Part shown: in pieces, positions 1 to 9,368 of the stretch
How the letters are laid out: each line of letters begins with the position of its first letter
How positions within the stretch are numbered: the first letter of the stretch is position 1
NCBI GenBank assembly: GCA_963701965.1
Contig: OY969695.1
Span: 1,600,001-1,664,000, forward strand
Length of the DNA: 64,000 nucleotides
Direction of reading: 5' to 3'
Source of the DNA: an uncultured Gemmatimonadales bacterium
Lineage (GTDB): Bacteria; Gemmatimonadota; Gemmatimonadetes; Gemmatimonadales; Gemmatimonadaceae
The notes under the pieces: generated by a model
Databases searched by the model: none
Told to the model about the DNA's origin: nothing
The model's input: only the letters and a program-made list of their open reading frames with translations
Program-made: the position numbers and the translations under genes

Positions 1-225
1 ACCTGGGGATCGAGCCTGCTCCGCGGAGGGGCGATCGATCGCCTCGTGACGACCCTCGAGCTGCCGGTCCTGCTGGTGCTCGATGACCTACCCGGATCGC
101 CGCTGACGGCGTTGCTGACGGCCGTCATCATCGGGGTCGGGCTCAGGCAGGCGTGGACGATGAACCGGCCGCTGCGCCGTCCGGCGTTCGAAGGGCCATT
201 TCGCATGGCGGCTCCCACGGCATGA
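1..225 (+). CDS. 3' end of a hypothetical membrane protein (runs off the window start)
   Basis: Frame 1 is open from base 1 to TGA 223-225 (..PLTALLTAVIIGVGLRQAW..FEGPF); the stop overlaps the next ATG (ATGA). Confidence 0.6.
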   Translation, partial: TWGSSLLRGGAIDRLVTTLELPVLLVLDDLPGSPLTALLTAVIIGVGLRQAWTMNRPLRRPAFEGPFRMAAPTA

Positions 226-1205
226 CGTGTGTCCGTTGCGGGACGGAGCTCGCGGCCACGCTGTTGAGCTGCCCGTCGTGTCACGCGCTCGTTCATGCCG
301 AGACGCTCAAGTCGCTGGCCACCGACGCCGAGTCGGCGGAACGCGCCGGCAATGTCTCCCAGGCGCTGACGCACTGGCGCGCCGCGCTCGACTTGCTGCC
401 GCCGGGAAGCGAGCAATACACGGCGCTCGCGGCGAAGACATCGGATCTCTCCATCAAAGCCGAGTCGGCGCCGGCCCGGCCGGACGCGCCGGTGTCGCGC
501 AATCCGCTGAAGCGTGCCTGGGCGGCGATCGTGAGCGGCGTCCTGCTCGTGCTCTCCAAGCTCAAACTGCTCCTGCTCGGCCTCACCAAGCTCGGGACGC
601 TGTCGACGATGCTGGTCTTCTTCGGCGTCTACTGGAAGCTGTGGGGTTGGCAATTCGCGCTGGGCTTCGTCATCTGTATCTACGTGCACGAGATGGGGCA
701 CGTCGCGGCGCTCCGCCGGTACGGGATCGCCGCGAGCGCGCCGATGTTCATCCCCGGCCTCGGCGCGCTCGTCCGTCTCAAGCAGTATCCGGCGAGTGCC
801 CGCCAGGATGCCCGTGTGGGCCTCGCGGGTCCGATCTGGGGCCTCGGCGCGGCGCTGGTCGCCTACGTCGTGTATCTGGCCACGCGCATCCACGTGTGGG
901 CCGCGATCGCCCAAGTGGCCGCCTTTCTCAATCTGTTCAACCTGATTCCGATCTGGCAGCTCGACGGCGGCCGGGGATTTCGCGCGCTCTCGCGTCTCGA
1001 ACGATGGATCGCCGCCGGTATGTTGTTGGGCGCGTGGCTGCTGACATCCCAGGGCCTGCTGCTGCTCCTCGCGGCCGGCGCCGTCTATCGGGCGATCGGC
1101 ACCGACGCTCCGCGCGAACGCGACTGGGTCACGCTGGGCACGTTCACGGCGCTCATCGCCTGGCTCTCCTGGCTCTCGACGATCCGGGTGCCGACGGGCA
1201 GCTAG
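222..1205 (+). CDS. Site-2 protease (peptidase M50) with N-terminal CxxC..CxxC zinc ribbon and TPR-like segment
   Basis: HEMGH and NLIPIWQLDGG motifs, several TM helices; start set to ATG 222 from the ATGA overlap. Confidence 0.9.
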   Translation: MTCVRCGTELAATLLSCPSCHALVHAETLKSLATDAESAERAGNVSQALTHWRAALDLLPPGSEQYTALAAKTSDLSIKAESAPARPDAPVSRNPLKRAWAAIVSGVLLVLSKLKLLLLGLTKLGTLSTMLVFFGVYWKLWGWQFALGFVICIYVHEMGHVAALRRYGIAASAPMFIPGLGALVRLKQYPASARQDARVGLAGPIWGLGAALVAYVVYLATRIHVWAAIAQVAAFLNLFNLIPIWQLDGGRGFRALSRLERWIAAGMLLGAWLLTSQGLLLLLAAGAVYRAIGTDAPRERDWVTLGTFTALIAWLSWLSTIRVPTGS

Positions 1206-1212
1206 GCGGGTG

Positions 1213-1944
1213 TCAGATGTCGCGTTCCACGCGCGACAGCCGGGCATCGATCGCGTGCAACGCGGCCAGAAAGTCGGCCCGCACCGCCGGGACCATGGGA
1301 TTGAATGCCGCCATGTCCTCGAACAGCTCCTCGGAATCGTGACAGACGATGTCGACGATATCCATGAGCGCCTCGAACGTTCGCGTCGATAACATCAAGC
1401 GTTCAATGCCGGCGCGCACCGTCCCCCGCCCGATGAAGTGCGTCAGGAATTGCGTCCGCGCGATCTGCGCATCGTGCTCGACCGGCGTGCAGCGCACGAT
1501 GGTGAGGCCCAGGGTCGTACAGATCTCCTCGACGCGCGCCGCGGCATCGCGGTAGGCGCCAAGGCGGCACACGGCGATGCGCTGACCGGCGCAGCTCCCG
1601 GGGGCCGATTGCTCGCCAAACAAGGGATGCGTGCCCACGATCGGCCGCCCGGGCAGATACCGCTCCAGCAACGCGCACGGGATCATCTTGACCGAGCACA
1701 CGTCCATGACCAGCGTGTCCGCCGCCAGCGCGGCGCGCGTTTCCAGGATTGCCTCTTCCAGATGCCGGATGGGCACGGCGTAGATTACGATCGGCGAGGC
1801 ACACGCCCGCGCGCGCTTCTCCGCGCGCGCGGCGGGCGCATCGGTCGCGTCGGCGCGATGCACGGCGTACCCCACGCGTTCCAGCTGGCCGGCGAAATAG
1901 GCGCCGAAACGTCCGGCGCCAATGATTCCGATGTCTCCGCTCAC
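1213..1944 (-). CDS. Prephenate/arogenate dehydrogenase family (TyrA-like)
   Basis: GAGRFG Rossmann motif, DVCSVK, HPLFG, EHD..A..Q.LTH motifs. Confidence 0.85.
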   Translation of the reverse strand: MSGDIGIIGAGRFGAYFAGQLERVGYAVHRADATDAPAARAEKRARACASPIVIYAVPIRHLEEAILETRAALAADTLVMDVCSVKMIPCALLERYLPGRPIVGTHPLFGEQSAPGSCAGQRIAVCRLGAYRDAAARVEEICTTLGLTIVRCTPVEHDAQIARTQFLTHFIGRGTVRAGIERLMLSTRTFEALMDIVDIVCHDSEELFEDMAAFNPMVPAVRADFLAALHAIDARLSRVERDI

Positions 1945-2016
1945 GCGCGCCCTCTTGCGCCCGCCACCCGGACTCTGCTCATTAGAGCCCTTCGCACAAC
2001 CTTACCGGAGGTCGTC

Positions 2017-2580
2017 ATGGTCTCTCTCGGCCAACTGTGGCTCCCGATCGTGCTATCCGCCGTGCTGGTGTTCATCAGCAGTGCGCTGCTCCACATGGTA
2101 CTAAAGTACCACAACGCGGACTATCACAAGTTCTCGAACGAAGACGAAGTCCGCGCCGCCATCAGCAAAGGCGCGCCCGCGCCCGGCCAGTACATCATCC
2201 CGTATTGCGCCAGTCCCAAAGACGCCGCCGACCCGGCCATGGCCGAGAAGTTCATCCAAGGTCCGGTGGGCCTGGTCTTCCTCCGCAAGCCCGGACCGAT
2301 GCAGATGGGCCCACAACTCGGCCAGTGGTTCGTCCTCGCGCTCGTCGTCTCCGCATTGACGGCACTCGTCGGCATCCACGCGCTGCCGCCGGGCTCGCCC
2401 TACCGCTTGGTGTTTCACGTGACGGCGCTCACCGGATTCCTCGGCTACGCGATGGCCCGCGCGCAGAGCGCGATCTGGCAGGGCGAACCCTGGAGTGTCA
2501 CACTCAAGACCATGTTCGACGGGCTCATATACGCGATGGTGGCGGCCGGCACGTTCGGCTGGCTCTGGCCCAAAGCGTAG
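2017..2580 (+). CDS. Hypothetical integral membrane protein
   Basis: GGAGG RBS before ATG 2017; about four hydrophobic segments. Confidence 0.75.
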   Translation: MVSLGQLWLPIVLSAVLVFISSALLHMVLKYHNADYHKFSNEDEVRAAISKGAPAPGQYIIPYCASPKDAADPAMAEKFIQGPVGLVFLRKPGPMQMGPQLGQWFVLALVVSALTALVGIHALPPGSPYRLVFHVTALTGFLGYAMARAQSAIWQGEPWSVTLKTMFDGLIYAMVAAGTFGWLWPKA

Positions 2581-2656
2581 CGCCAACAGTCGGTATCGCT
2601 CGGTTGAAGGATGATGCAGTGTCATCGCATTCACTCCTTCTGCCGAGACAGTTCTG

Positions 2657-3190
2657 ATGCGACTCCTCTCTTTTGCTCTGCCCCTCGCGCTGGCGGGCGT
2701 GTCTCTTCCCGCCGGCGCGCAGGGCATGCAAGGCGGCGGCCCGCGTCCGGGCGTCGAGTTTCTCCTCGCCCATACGGGCTCGCTGCAGTTGACCGACGCG
2801 CAGGTCACGAAGCTGGCGGCGATCGCCCGGCGCGTCGCCGAGCGCCACCGCGCGCTCCGCGCCAGCATGGACTCATTACGGATGCGCCACCGCGCCGGTG
2901 GCGATTCATCGTCGGCGCGCCACCGCGGCGGACCGCCGCCGGCTGCATTTCAGCATGAGCGCGAGGCGGCGCACACGGATCTGCGCGACGCCATCGCCGT
3001 GCTCACGCCGGAACAGCAGGCGACCGCGTGGGAGATGGTGAGCCAACATCATCGGCGCGGCTTCGGCCGGCAACGCCCGATGCGCGGCGGCCGCGGCATG
3101 AGTCCGCAACGCCGGATGCAGGGATTCGAACGGCCGGACGGAGCTGATCCGGGCGACCCAATGGCGCCGGAGTCGGAGCCCGGCGACTGA
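2657..3190 (+). CDS. Secreted Spy/CpxP-like (LTxxQ) protein
   Basis: Signal peptide plus LTDAQ and LTPEQ motifs. Confidence 0.7.
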   Translation: MRLLSFALPLALAGVSLPAGAQGMQGGGPRPGVEFLLAHTGSLQLTDAQVTKLAAIARRVAERHRALRASMDSLRMRHRAGGDSSSARHRGGPPPAAFQHEREAAHTDLRDAIAVLTPEQQATAWEMVSQHHRRGFGRQRPMRGGRGMSPQRRMQGFERPDGADPGDPMAPESEPGD

Positions 3191-3226
3191 GGTAACGCGC
3201 CGGCACGACCCAGATCATATTGCGAT

Positions 3227-4753
3227 GTGATCTGGGTCGCGATTCCCGCCGTGGCGCCAATGGCCCTGGCGCCCTTGGCGGAGCCCGGAGCGACGGCGTG
3301 GTTGCTGGCCGCCTTCGCGATACTCGCGGGCACGGCGGTGGTCCTCGGCCGCGCCACCGAGCGGTTCGGGGTGTCGGTGGTCCTCGTCTTTCTCGCCGTC
3401 GGCATGCTCGCCGGCTCGGAAGGCGTGGGAGGTCTCTACTTCGACAACGCCGCCCTGGCGTTCCGGATCGGCACCATCGCGCTCGTGCTGATCCTGTTCA
3501 ATGGCGGCCTCAACACATCGGCGAATGCCCTGCGGCGCTACGCCGGACCGGCCGCTGCTCTGGCGACCGGCGGCGTGGTGGGCACCGCCGCGCTCACCAG
3601 CGTCGCCGCGCGGGCCCTGGGATTCGACTGGCCGCACGCGATGCTCCTCGGCGCGATCGTGTCGTCGACCGATGCCGCCGCGGTCTTCGCCGCGCTGCGC
3701 GGCAGTGGCATCCAGCTCAAGCGCCGACTCGGCGTCACGCTCGAAGCGGAGTCCGGCGTCAACGACCCGGTCGCCGTGCTGCTCACCACCGTGCTCACCG
3801 CCTATCTCCTGCATCCCGACGCCGTGCTCGGGTGGCCTCTGGCGGGCGAGATCGTCGGCGAGTTCGTCGTCGGCACCGTGGCCGGACTGGCGGTCGGCTT
3901 TGGGGGCCGCTGGCTGCTGCGCCGCGTCAGGCTGCCGGCGAGCGGTCTCTATCCCGTGCTCACCCTGTGCCTGGCGTGCCTGGCGTTCGGCGCCGCGACG
4001 CTCACGCACGGCAGCGGCTTCCTGGCCGTGTACGTCGCTGCCGTCGTGCTGGGCAACGGCGTCATGCCCTATCGCGCCAGCGTCCTCAGAGTCCACGACG
4101 CGCTGGCCTGGCTTGGCCAGGTCGGGATGTTTCTCATCCTCGGCCTCTTGGTATTTCCCGCCCGCCTGATACCGGTCGCGCCGATCGGGTTCGCGCTGGC
4201 GCTCTTTCTGGCGTTCGTCGCCCGCCCGGTCGTCGTCGCCGCCTGTCTCGCGCCCTTTGGATTCCCCTGGCGCGAGATTGTGTACGTCGGATGGGTGGGG
4301 CTTCGCGGAGCGGTCCCCATCGTCCTGTCGCTGATCCCGCTCTTGGCCGGCGCGCCCGAAGCCCAGCGCATGTTCGACGTCGTGTTTTTCGTCGTGGTGG
4401 TGAACGCGCTCATCCCGGGCGGCACCGTGGCGTGGGTGACCCGGCGGCTGGGACTCGAGGCGGATGCCCCGCCCCCGCCGCGCGCCGGCCTCGACATCGA
4501 CGCGCGCGAGCCCATGGATGGGGATCTCCTGTCGTTCTACATCAATGACGCGCTCGCCGTCGCCGGCCGCCACATCGCCGATCTGCCGCTCCCCGCCGCA
4601 TCGGCCGTCACGTTGATCGTCCGGGGTCGAACATTGGTCGCGCCCAAGGGGGTCACGATGCTCCAAACCGGTGACCATGTGTACGTCCTCACCCACCCCG
4701 CAGACCGGGCGTTCATCGAGCTCTTGTTCGGCCGCCCCGAGAGCGAGGCATAG
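3227..4753 (+). CDS. cvrA: K+/H+ antiporter (NhaP2/CvrA) with C-terminal TrkA-C domain
   Basis: SSTDAAAVF, ESGVNDP, GLRGAVPI motifs; start uncertain (3227 or 3260). Confidence 0.9.
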   Translation: MIWVAIPAVAPMALAPLAEPGATAWLLAAFAILAGTAVVLGRATERFGVSVVLVFLAVGMLAGSEGVGGLYFDNAALAFRIGTIALVLILFNGGLNTSANALRRYAGPAAALATGGVVGTAALTSVAARALGFDWPHAMLLGAIVSSTDAAAVFAALRGSGIQLKRRLGVTLEAESGVNDPVAVLLTTVLTAYLLHPDAVLGWPLAGEIVGEFVVGTVAGLAVGFGGRWLLRRVRLPASGLYPVLTLCLACLAFGAATLTHGSGFLAVYVAAVVLGNGVMPYRASVLRVHDALAWLGQVGMFLILGLLVFPARLIPVAPIGFALALFLAFVARPVVVAACLAPFGFPWREIVYVGWVGLRGAVPIVLSLIPLLAGAPEAQRMFDVVFFVVVVNALIPGGTVAWVTRRLGLEADAPPPPRAGLDIDAREPMDGDLLSFYINDALAVAGRHIADLPLPAASAVTLIVRGRTLVAPKGVTMLQTGDHVYVLTHPADRAFIELLFGRPESEA

Positions 4754-4754
4754 T

Positions 4755-5183
4755 ATGGGCGGGATCCGGCCGTATCGAGCGTCCGATCGGAACGAGTGGC
4801 ACCGCATGCGGACCGCGCTCTGGCCAGAGCAGACGGAGGCCGACATGAATGCCTGGCTCGCCCGCGCCGACGCCACGATCTTCGTGGCCGAGGAAGGGCA
4901 CGCGCGCCTGCGCGGATTCGCCGAAGTCGCCGAGCGGCCGTACGCCAATGGTTGCGACACCAGCCCGGTCGCGTACCTCGAGGGCTGGTACGTCGATCCC
5001 GCCGCGCGGAGGCAGGGTGTCGGCACCGCCCTCGTGCGGGCCGTCGAGTCGTGGGCGCGGTCGCGCGGACACCGCGAACTGGCATCGGACACCGGGTTGG
5101 ACAACCCGGTGTCGCAGGGCGCCCACGAGCGTCTCGGGTTCACCGAGACCGAGCGGCTCGTGCTCTATCGCAAGGCGCTGTAG
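4755..5183 (+). CDS. GNAT acetyltransferase, aminoglycoside 6'-N-acetyltransferase-like
   Basis: W..MR.ALWP, NGCDTSPVAYLEGWYV, RRQGVG, ELASDT..DN..S..AH..LGF.ETER motifs. Confidence 0.85.
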   Translation: MGGIRPYRASDRNEWHRMRTALWPEQTEADMNAWLARADATIFVAEEGHARLRGFAEVAERPYANGCDTSPVAYLEGWYVDPAARRQGVGTALVRAVESWARSRGHRELASDTGLDNPVSQGAHERLGFTETERLVLYRKAL

Positions 5184-5191
5184 TATATCGC

Positions 5192-6013
5192 ATGCAACTC
5201 CTCCACTGGCTCGTGGCGTGCTGCCTCGCATTCGCCCCGCCGAGCTACGACGTCTATGCCGTGCGCTTCGCCGGCTATCACGACTTCCCGCTCGCCGCGC
5301 TCCTCTCCGGCGCCGACACGGTGCGACGCCAGGATCTCGCGTTCATGGTCTGGCTCATGAAGGGGCCAAACGGGCGGACGGTGCTGCTCGACGCCGGGTT
5401 CCATCACCCGGAGGTCTACCGTCGATGGCACCTCGCCGATTTCGAGACGCCGGCCGCGGCGCTCGGGAAACTCGGCGTCCGCCCGGAGGACGTCACTGAC
5501 GTCGTGATCTCCCATATCCACTGGGACCATCTCGACGGCGTCGATCTCTTTCCCAAGGCCCGCGTGTGGATTCAGCGCGACGAGTATCGCCACTACGTCG
5601 GCGCCGACGGGAAGCCGCTGGATCGCACGATCGACACCCTCAATGCCCGCGTGCTCGCCGGACTCTATGGCGCCGGCCGCGTCAGCCTGGTCGACGGCGA
5701 TGGCCGCGAGATCATACCCGGCATCACCGTCTATACCGGCGGGCGCCACACGTTCGCGTCGCAGTACGTCGGCGTGCACACCACGGCCGGCACCGTCGTG
5801 CTGGCGTCGGACAACGCCTATCTCTACGCCAACCTCGCCACCCACACGCCCATCGCCCAGACGTTCGCGCCCGGCGACACGACGTCCAACCGTCAGGCGC
5901 AGGAGCGCATGGAACACATCGCGACCGACCCGCGACTCATCATCCCGGGGCACGACCCGATGATCTTCGCGCGTTTCCCCACGCCTGGCGACGGCGTGGC
6001 GCATATTCAGTAA
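5192..6013 (+). CDS. Metallo-beta-lactamase fold hydrolase, N-acyl homoserine lactonase family, probably exported
   Basis: HIHWDH (HxHxDH), HT, D and C-terminal PGHD; short hydrophobic N-terminus. Confidence 0.85.
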   Translation: MQLLHWLVACCLAFAPPSYDVYAVRFAGYHDFPLAALLSGADTVRRQDLAFMVWLMKGPNGRTVLLDAGFHHPEVYRRWHLADFETPAAALGKLGVRPEDVTDVVISHIHWDHLDGVDLFPKARVWIQRDEYRHYVGADGKPLDRTIDTLNARVLAGLYGAGRVSLVDGDGREIIPGITVYTGGRHTFASQYVGVHTTAGTVVLASDNAYLYANLATHTPIAQTFAPGDTTSNRQAQERMEHIATDPRLIIPGHDPMIFARFPTPGDGVAHIQ

Positions 6014-6022
6014 CGCCGCGCC

Positions 6023-8659
6023 TTATTCCAGTCGGAGGGCAGTCACGGGATCGATGGCCGCGGCGCGGCGCGCGGCGAGCCAACAGGCGCCCAGCGCCGC
6101 GAACAACAGAATGCCCGTGACCGCCGCGATCGTCGGCGGATCCGTGGCCCGCACCGCGAACAGGGCCGACGCGAGCCACCGCGTACCGGAGAGCGCCACG
6201 GCGAGGCCGGCGGCCGCGCCCGCCAGCGCGTACGCCATGCCGCCCCACACGATCATGCCGACCACGCTCTCCCGCTGCGCGCCGAGCGCCATGCGCACAC
6301 CGATCTCGCGGCGCCGCGCGCTCACACTGTACGACAGCATGCCAAAGATCCCGACCGCGGCCAACGCCAGCGCGGCGACGGCGAAGCCGCCGAGGAGCGC
6401 CGCGTAGTGCCGCGGCTGAACGACGGACGCCGATAGGCGCTCCTCCATCGGCGCCGCGTCGTCGAGCGGCACGCCAGGGTCTACCGAACGCAGCGCGTCC
6501 TGCACCTGCCGCGTGACATTCTCCGGCGAGCCGGCCGTGCGCACGAACACGCTGATCGCTTGCGGCCATCCTTGGCTGACGGGTGCGTAGATGGCGTCGC
6601 CACCTTCGTTGAGTCCCTGGACCTTGATGTCACCAACGACGCCGACGACCGTCGTCGGCGGACAGGTCAGACATCCGCCGGAGATGAACCGCCGTCCCAC
6701 GGCGCGTTCGCCCGGATAGAAGCGCGTGGCCCAGGCCCGGCTGACCACGACGACCGGCGGCGCCGTCCCGCTGTCCGCCGGCGTGAACAACCGGCCCTCG
6801 AGCAGCGGAACGCCCATGGTCGCGAAGTACTCCGACGTCGAGGCGATCCACGGGGCCACTGGCTGGGCGCCGCCCGGCGGGACCGGCCGATCGAGCAGGT
6901 CGAAATTGTTCAAGTTGAGATCCGTCTCTCTCGGCGGGATTACTTCATTGAGGCCCGCGCTGGTGACGCCGGGGACGGCCCGGACCACCGGCAGGGCCCG
7001 CGCCCAATACGCCCCGATCGTCGTGTCGTTCGCGTAGCGCGCGCCCGGCAGCCCGACGCGCACGACCAACAAGTGATGCGGGTCGAACCCGGGGGTCACG
7101 CGCATCAGCCGCACGAAGCTGTTGAGCATGAGACCGGCTCCGGCCAGGAGCGGCAGGGTGAGCGCGAACTGCGCGATCACGAATGCGCCGCGGATGGCGT
7201 GCGCACGCCGGCCGCCGACGAGTCGGCTCCCTTGGGTCTCCGCGCTGGAGGAGCCGCCTTTGAGCAAGAGGGCAATCGGCGACGCGCCGACGATCGCGCC
7301 CACGAGCAGCGCCGTCGCGCCCGCGAACGCGACCATGGTCAGATCGGGTCGTGCATCGGCGAGTCGCGCGACGTGGGGGCCGAACGCGATCAGGAGCCGA
7401 AGACCAATCGCGGCCGCGGCGAGCCCGACGAGCGATCCGACGCCGGCGACGATGACGCTTTCGGTGATGAGCAGGCGGGCCAGCCGCGTTCGCGTGCCCC
7501 CCAGCACGGCGCGCACCGTGATCTCGCGCCAGCGGCCGGTGGCGCGCACCAGCGTAAGGCTGGCAACGTTGGCCACGGCGACCAAGAGGACCAGCGCGAC
7601 GGCGGCCGCGAACACCGCCAGCGTGCGGCTGGCGTCACCGATCATGATTTGCCGCAGCGGCCGCGGGGCGAGCCGCGCCGTGCGATCCTGAAAGCCCGCT
7701 GACCACAGGGGGAAGAGGCGCTGGCTCAAGCCTGTGAGGTCGCGGCTCGCCCCGTCCAGCGTCACCCCATCGCCGAGGCGGCCGATGCCGATCAACAGAA
7801 ACGGTCCGCGCCGGGCCGGCGTCGCCAGTTGGAGCGCCGGCCAGATCTGGCTCCGCAGCCGGCCGAGCTCCGTCCGTCCCGGCGCTAGCACACCGACGAC
7901 CGTGTAGGTCTTGCCGTCGATGACCAGGGGGCGTCCGAGCGCGGGCGCGGCTCCGCCGAACGTCCGGGTCGCGTACTGATCGCCAATGACCGCGACGGGC
8001 GGTGCGCCCAGCCGCTCATCGTCGGGGTCGATGGCGCGGCCGCGCGCGGGCGCCACGCCGAGCGCGCGAAAGATCCCGGACGTGACGAACCCCAGGTCCA
8101 CGCGCGCCGGCTCGCCGCCCGGCGCCATTACGGTCACCGTACCCGCTTCTTCGACGCCCACGGACGAGAAGCTGTGCTGCTGGGCTTCGAGGGCGCGATA
8201 GTCCACGGTCGACAGGTGCCAGCGCACGCCAGGGGTGGCGTTTTCCAGGGCGATATCGGTCAGACGCTCGTCGTGGGGATAGGGAAGGCTCGTCAAGAGC
8301 ACGGCGTGGATAGCGCCGAAGATCGTGGTGCAGGCGCCGATCCCCAGCGCCAGGACCAATACGGCCGAGACGGAGTACGCCGGACTCTTGCGCAGACTGC
8401 GCGCCGCGTAGCGCACATCCTGCCACAACTCCTCGACCCACCGCACCCGGCGCGCGTCGCGATGCGCTTCCTTGTACCGCTCGACGCCGCCGAACGCGAG
8501 TCGGGCCTGACGTCGCGCTTCGCCCGTGGTGAGCCCTTGGGCGCGCGCGAGGGCGTCCGCTTCCAACTGGAGATGCAGCTGCATCTCTTCGTCCAGATCA
8601 TGATCGAGCGCCGCGCCGTCCCGGAGCGCGCGCAGCCGACGCCGCCACTGGCGCATCAT
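6023..8659 (-). CDS. Duplicated orphan ABC permease (ADOP; MacB/FtsX type)
   Basis: DVRYAARSLRKSP, two FtsX halves, REIGVRMALGA, C-terminal IDPVTALRLE; ATGA overlap with padR. Confidence 0.92.
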   Translation of the reverse strand: MMRQWRRRLRALRDGAALDHDLDEEMQLHLQLEADALARAQGLTTGEARRQARLAFGGVERYKEAHRDARRVRWVEELWQDVRYAARSLRKSPAYSVSAVLVLALGIGACTTIFGAIHAVLLTSLPYPHDERLTDIALENATPGVRWHLSTVDYRALEAQQHSFSSVGVEEAGTVTVMAPGGEPARVDLGFVTSGIFRALGVAPARGRAIDPDDERLGAPPVAVIGDQYATRTFGGAAPALGRPLVIDGKTYTVVGVLAPGRTELGRLRSQIWPALQLATPARRGPFLLIGIGRLGDGVTLDGASRDLTGLSQRLFPLWSAGFQDRTARLAPRPLRQIMIGDASRTLAVFAAAVALVLLVAVANVASLTLVRATGRWREITVRAVLGGTRTRLARLLITESVIVAGVGSLVGLAAAAIGLRLLIAFGPHVARLADARPDLTMVAFAGATALLVGAIVGASPIALLLKGGSSSAETQGSRLVGGRRAHAIRGAFVIAQFALTLPLLAGAGLMLNSFVRLMRVTPGFDPHHLLVVRVGLPGARYANDTTIGAYWARALPVVRAVPGVTSAGLNEVIPPRETDLNLNNFDLLDRPVPPGGAQPVAPWIASTSEYFATMGVPLLEGRLFTPADSGTAPPVVVVSRAWATRFYPGERAVGRRFISGGCLTCPPTTVVGVVGDIKVQGLNEGGDAIYAPVSQGWPQAISVFVRTAGSPENVTRQVQDALRSVDPGVPLDDAAPMEERLSASVVQPRHYAALLGGFAVAALALAAVGIFGMLSYSVSARRREIGVRMALGAQRESVVGMIVWGGMAYALAGAAAGLAVALSGTRWLASALFAVRATDPPTIAAVTGILLFAALGACWLAARRAAAIDPVTALRLE

Positions 8660-8982
8660 GCGGTCAGCACCTGCTCGACGGCCGAGGAGAACAACCGCCA
8701 TTGCGAACGCTCGGTGGCGAATTGTTTCCGGCCGTCGGCCGTCAGCGCATAGAACTTGGCGCGCCGGCCGGCCGGCCCTGTCCCCCACTCGGCGGCGATC
8801 CACCCCCGATCTTCCAGGCGATAGAGGGCGGGGTAGAGACTCCCCTGGCCCACGGCCAGAATGTCGTTGGAGAGATCCCGCAGCCGCTTGGAGATGCCCC
8901 ATCCATGCAGCGGCCCGAGCACGAGAGCTTTGAGGATCAGGAGATCCAGTGTGCCCTGGAGCAATTCGGCGCGTTGTGCCAT
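8656..8982 (-). CDS. padR: PadR family transcriptional regulator
   Basis: LLQGTLDLLILKAL..GPLHGWGI, GSLYPALYRLE, RRAKFY.LT. Confidence 0.93.
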   Translation of the reverse strand: MAQRAELLQGTLDLLILKALVLGPLHGWGISKRLRDLSNDILAVGQGSLYPALYRLEDRGWIAAEWGTGPAGRRAKFYALTADGRKQFATERSQWRLFSSAVEQVLTA

Positions 8983-9023
8983 ACCTCGACAATCGACAAT
9001 GTATTGTCGATTGTCAAGGTATG
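8980..9023. promoter_or_regulatory. Long inverted repeat (putative PadR operator) overlapping the padR promoter and start codon
   Basis: GACAATCGACAAT-GT-ATTGTCGATTGTC perfect 13-bp arms (8988-9015), extendable to 21-bp arms with one mismatch; minus strand reads TTGACA-17-GATTGT-6-ATG. Confidence 0.8.
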
Positions 9024-9032
9024 TGCGCTCAC

Positions 9033-9114
9033 GGGACGCCGCGTCCCACCAGCGAACAACGGTTCGACGTAACTCGTTGATGCACAACATTGAGCTGCCG
9101 GCACGGCTTTTGGT
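9033..9114 (+). promoter_or_regulatory. Degenerate sigma54-type promoter with IHF-like site and upstream palindrome
   Basis: GGGACGC-C-GCGTCCC (9033-9047); CATCAACGAGTTA on the minus strand (9070-9082) fits ATCAA-N4-TTR; CGGCACGGCTTTTGGT has GG at -24 but GG instead of GC at -12. Confidence 0.45.
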
Positions 9115-9128
9115 TGTGTCTGGCTGTC

Positions 9129-9364
9129 ATGCAGACATTCCTGCAGGACATCCGCCTCGGGGCGCGACGGCTCGCCCGTAGTCCCGGCTTCACGACGGTC
9201 GCTCGCGACTGCTGCGCGGGCTCCTCTTCGGCGTCGCGCCAACGGACGTGCCGACCCTCGCCGCCACGTGCGTGCTCGTCATAGCGGCAAGCGTCGCGGC
9301 GACCTGGATCCCGGCGTGGCGCGCCGCCCGGATTGACCCGATCCAGGCGCTGCGCGCCGACTAA
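9129..9364 (+). pseudogene. Internally deleted ADOP permease remnant
   Basis: N-terminus MQTFLQDIRLGARRLARSPGFTTVA joined out of frame to C-terminus SRLLRGLLFGVAPTD..AARIDPIQALRAD-stop. Confidence 0.85.
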
Positions 9365-9368
9365 CCAC

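Noticed and set aside
3215..5143. 642-aa minus-strand ORF and similar long shadows (21681-23213, 56957-58576, 54914-56542)
   Set aside because: They overlap well-supported genes on the opposite strand and show no recognisable domains
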